From an uncultured archaeon (GTDB lineage Archaea; Asgardarchaeota; Lokiarchaeia; Sigyniarchaeales; SOKP01): 52,275 bases of DNA. Below are positions 51,286 to 52,275 of this stretch, piece after piece (positions within the stretch are counted from its first letter, which is position 1; the number at the start of each line of letters is the position of its first letter). The stretch covers positions 5,240 to 57,514 of the forward strand of contig CAZOYD010000018.1 in NCBI GenBank assembly GCA_964583985.1. Direction: 5' to 3'. The notes beneath the pieces are model-generated. The model did no database searches, was not told the origin of the DNA, and saw only the letters and a program-made list of their open reading frames with translations. Position numbers and translations under genes: made by a program.

Positions 51286-51666
51286 GATTCAATCCTCTAA
51301 GATTTTAAGTACTTATAAGTAGTTTGTTATATAAATTATAATCTTAATGGTATTATATTAATTTTCATTTATAATATTATATTTTTTGCATGTCTAAATC
51401 CTTCAATCACAGATCAAGAGCTATTCCCATTTTCTAATTTTTTTCTTTTTATAATAAAAAAAATTGATTTATCTAAGAACAATAGTCAAATTTGATTTTG
51501 AATAAGAAGGATTAGAAAAAAAGTGAAATTGCTTTATTTAGTATTAGAATATGAAAAACATTAAAAACATCAAATATAATATATTATATATTAGTATTCA
51601 TTTGTAATTTTTAATATTAGATACTTAAAATTAAAAAGAACATTATTATTAGGTGATTAAGAAAAC

Positions 51667-51966
51667 ATGCCAAAGAGAGAGCTCTTCATAATAGGTCTTC
51701 TAACATTTAGTTAGCCCTGTGAAAAACGTGTTTATGAAATCGTAAATGAGCTCAAGATTCCATTAATTGACGAACGTGTCTATGATAAAGTCAATTTTAA
51801 TACAAATGCTGCAATCGCTAAACTTATCTTCAAGTTTGAAGAAGATGAATCAGTTATACGAGGTTTTCTAGGTCTCGCCGAATATTTCCATACTGTAGTA
51901 GTTAAGAAAGGCGATCAATTTTTCATTCCTCACGCCTCGATACTATTCCAGCTTATTAGCTCGTAA
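51667..51966 (+). CDS. 99-codon gene interrupted by an in-frame TAG at codon 16 (readthrough candidate or pseudogene; not in ORF track)
   Basis: AGGTGA SD at 51651, ATG 51667, TAG 51712-51714, then 83 sense codons to TAA; T-rich tract follows. Confidence 0.65.
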
Positions 51967-52132
51967 TATCATCATCTTTTTTTTACTTTCTTTTTTATTC
52001 AATTATTTAAATCGTAGTCATCATAGTTTCCTCTTTTTATAAAAATTGGACCCCCACATCATAATATATCTCCTTTCTTTTAAAAAATTAATAATAAATT
52101 AATTATAAATGATTAAAAAAGGCAATAAAAAA

Positions 52133-52275
52133 ATGTGGAATAATTCTATTTTCGAAGCATTTAGAGATTTTGGTAAGAACATGCAGCTAATAGCAATTTT
52201 TCTCCTTGTTTCATTGATTCCTGGTATAGGATTTATAGGAATTATCTTAGTTTTAATCTTCAAGTTTGCTGCTTT
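52133..52275 (+). CDS. 3'-partial membrane protein
   Basis: MWNNSIFEAFRDFGKNMQLIAIFLLVSLIPGIGFIGIILVLIFKFAA, open to the window end. Alternative ATG at 52109. Confidence 0.7.
   Translation, partial: MWNNSIFEAFRDFGKNMQLIAIFLLVSLIPGIGFIGIILVLIFKFAA

Noticed and set aside
51286-51650. AT-rich divergent intergenic region as an RNA gene
   Set aside because: No recognisable structure; consistent with two promoters.
1-52275. Genome-wide TAG or TGA reassignment
   Set aside because: Both codons terminate several full-length conserved genes at the expected positions.

Overview
Gene-dense, very AT-rich archaeal chromosome segment. It most likely comes from an Asgard archaeon (Lokiarchaeia/Promethearchaeota). 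This is inferred from a divergent actin, a one-domain gelsolin with a helical X-type extension, two small GTPases (one fused to a longin-like domain), Loki-CTERM-type anchored surface proteins and GGTGA-type Shine-Dalgarno motifs. Housekeeping and metabolic genes include gpmA, purD, trmJ, a type IA topoisomerase, an M32 carboxypeptidase, a CDP-alcohol phosphatidyltransferase, an acyl-CoA dehydrogenase, MFS/ABC transporters and a PAS histidine kinase. I saw no rRNA, tRNA, CRISPR array or transposase. Most notable items: (1) a co-oriented cluster of a proline-rich VASP/WASP-like gene, a PIG-L deacetylase, a catalytically divergent actin and a wHTH gene; (2) an unannotated 99-codon gene with an in-frame TAG inside a stem-loop; (3) a two-gene membrane left-handed beta-helix system resembling the terminal domains of Pls-type NRPS, without A/T domains; (4) an RHH gene divergent from a cyclin/TFIIB-box-like gene, with helically phased TGCAT repeats between them; (5) an EamA pseudogene and two membrane microproteins missed by the ORF track. 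All family calls come from reading motifs by eye, not from database searches.
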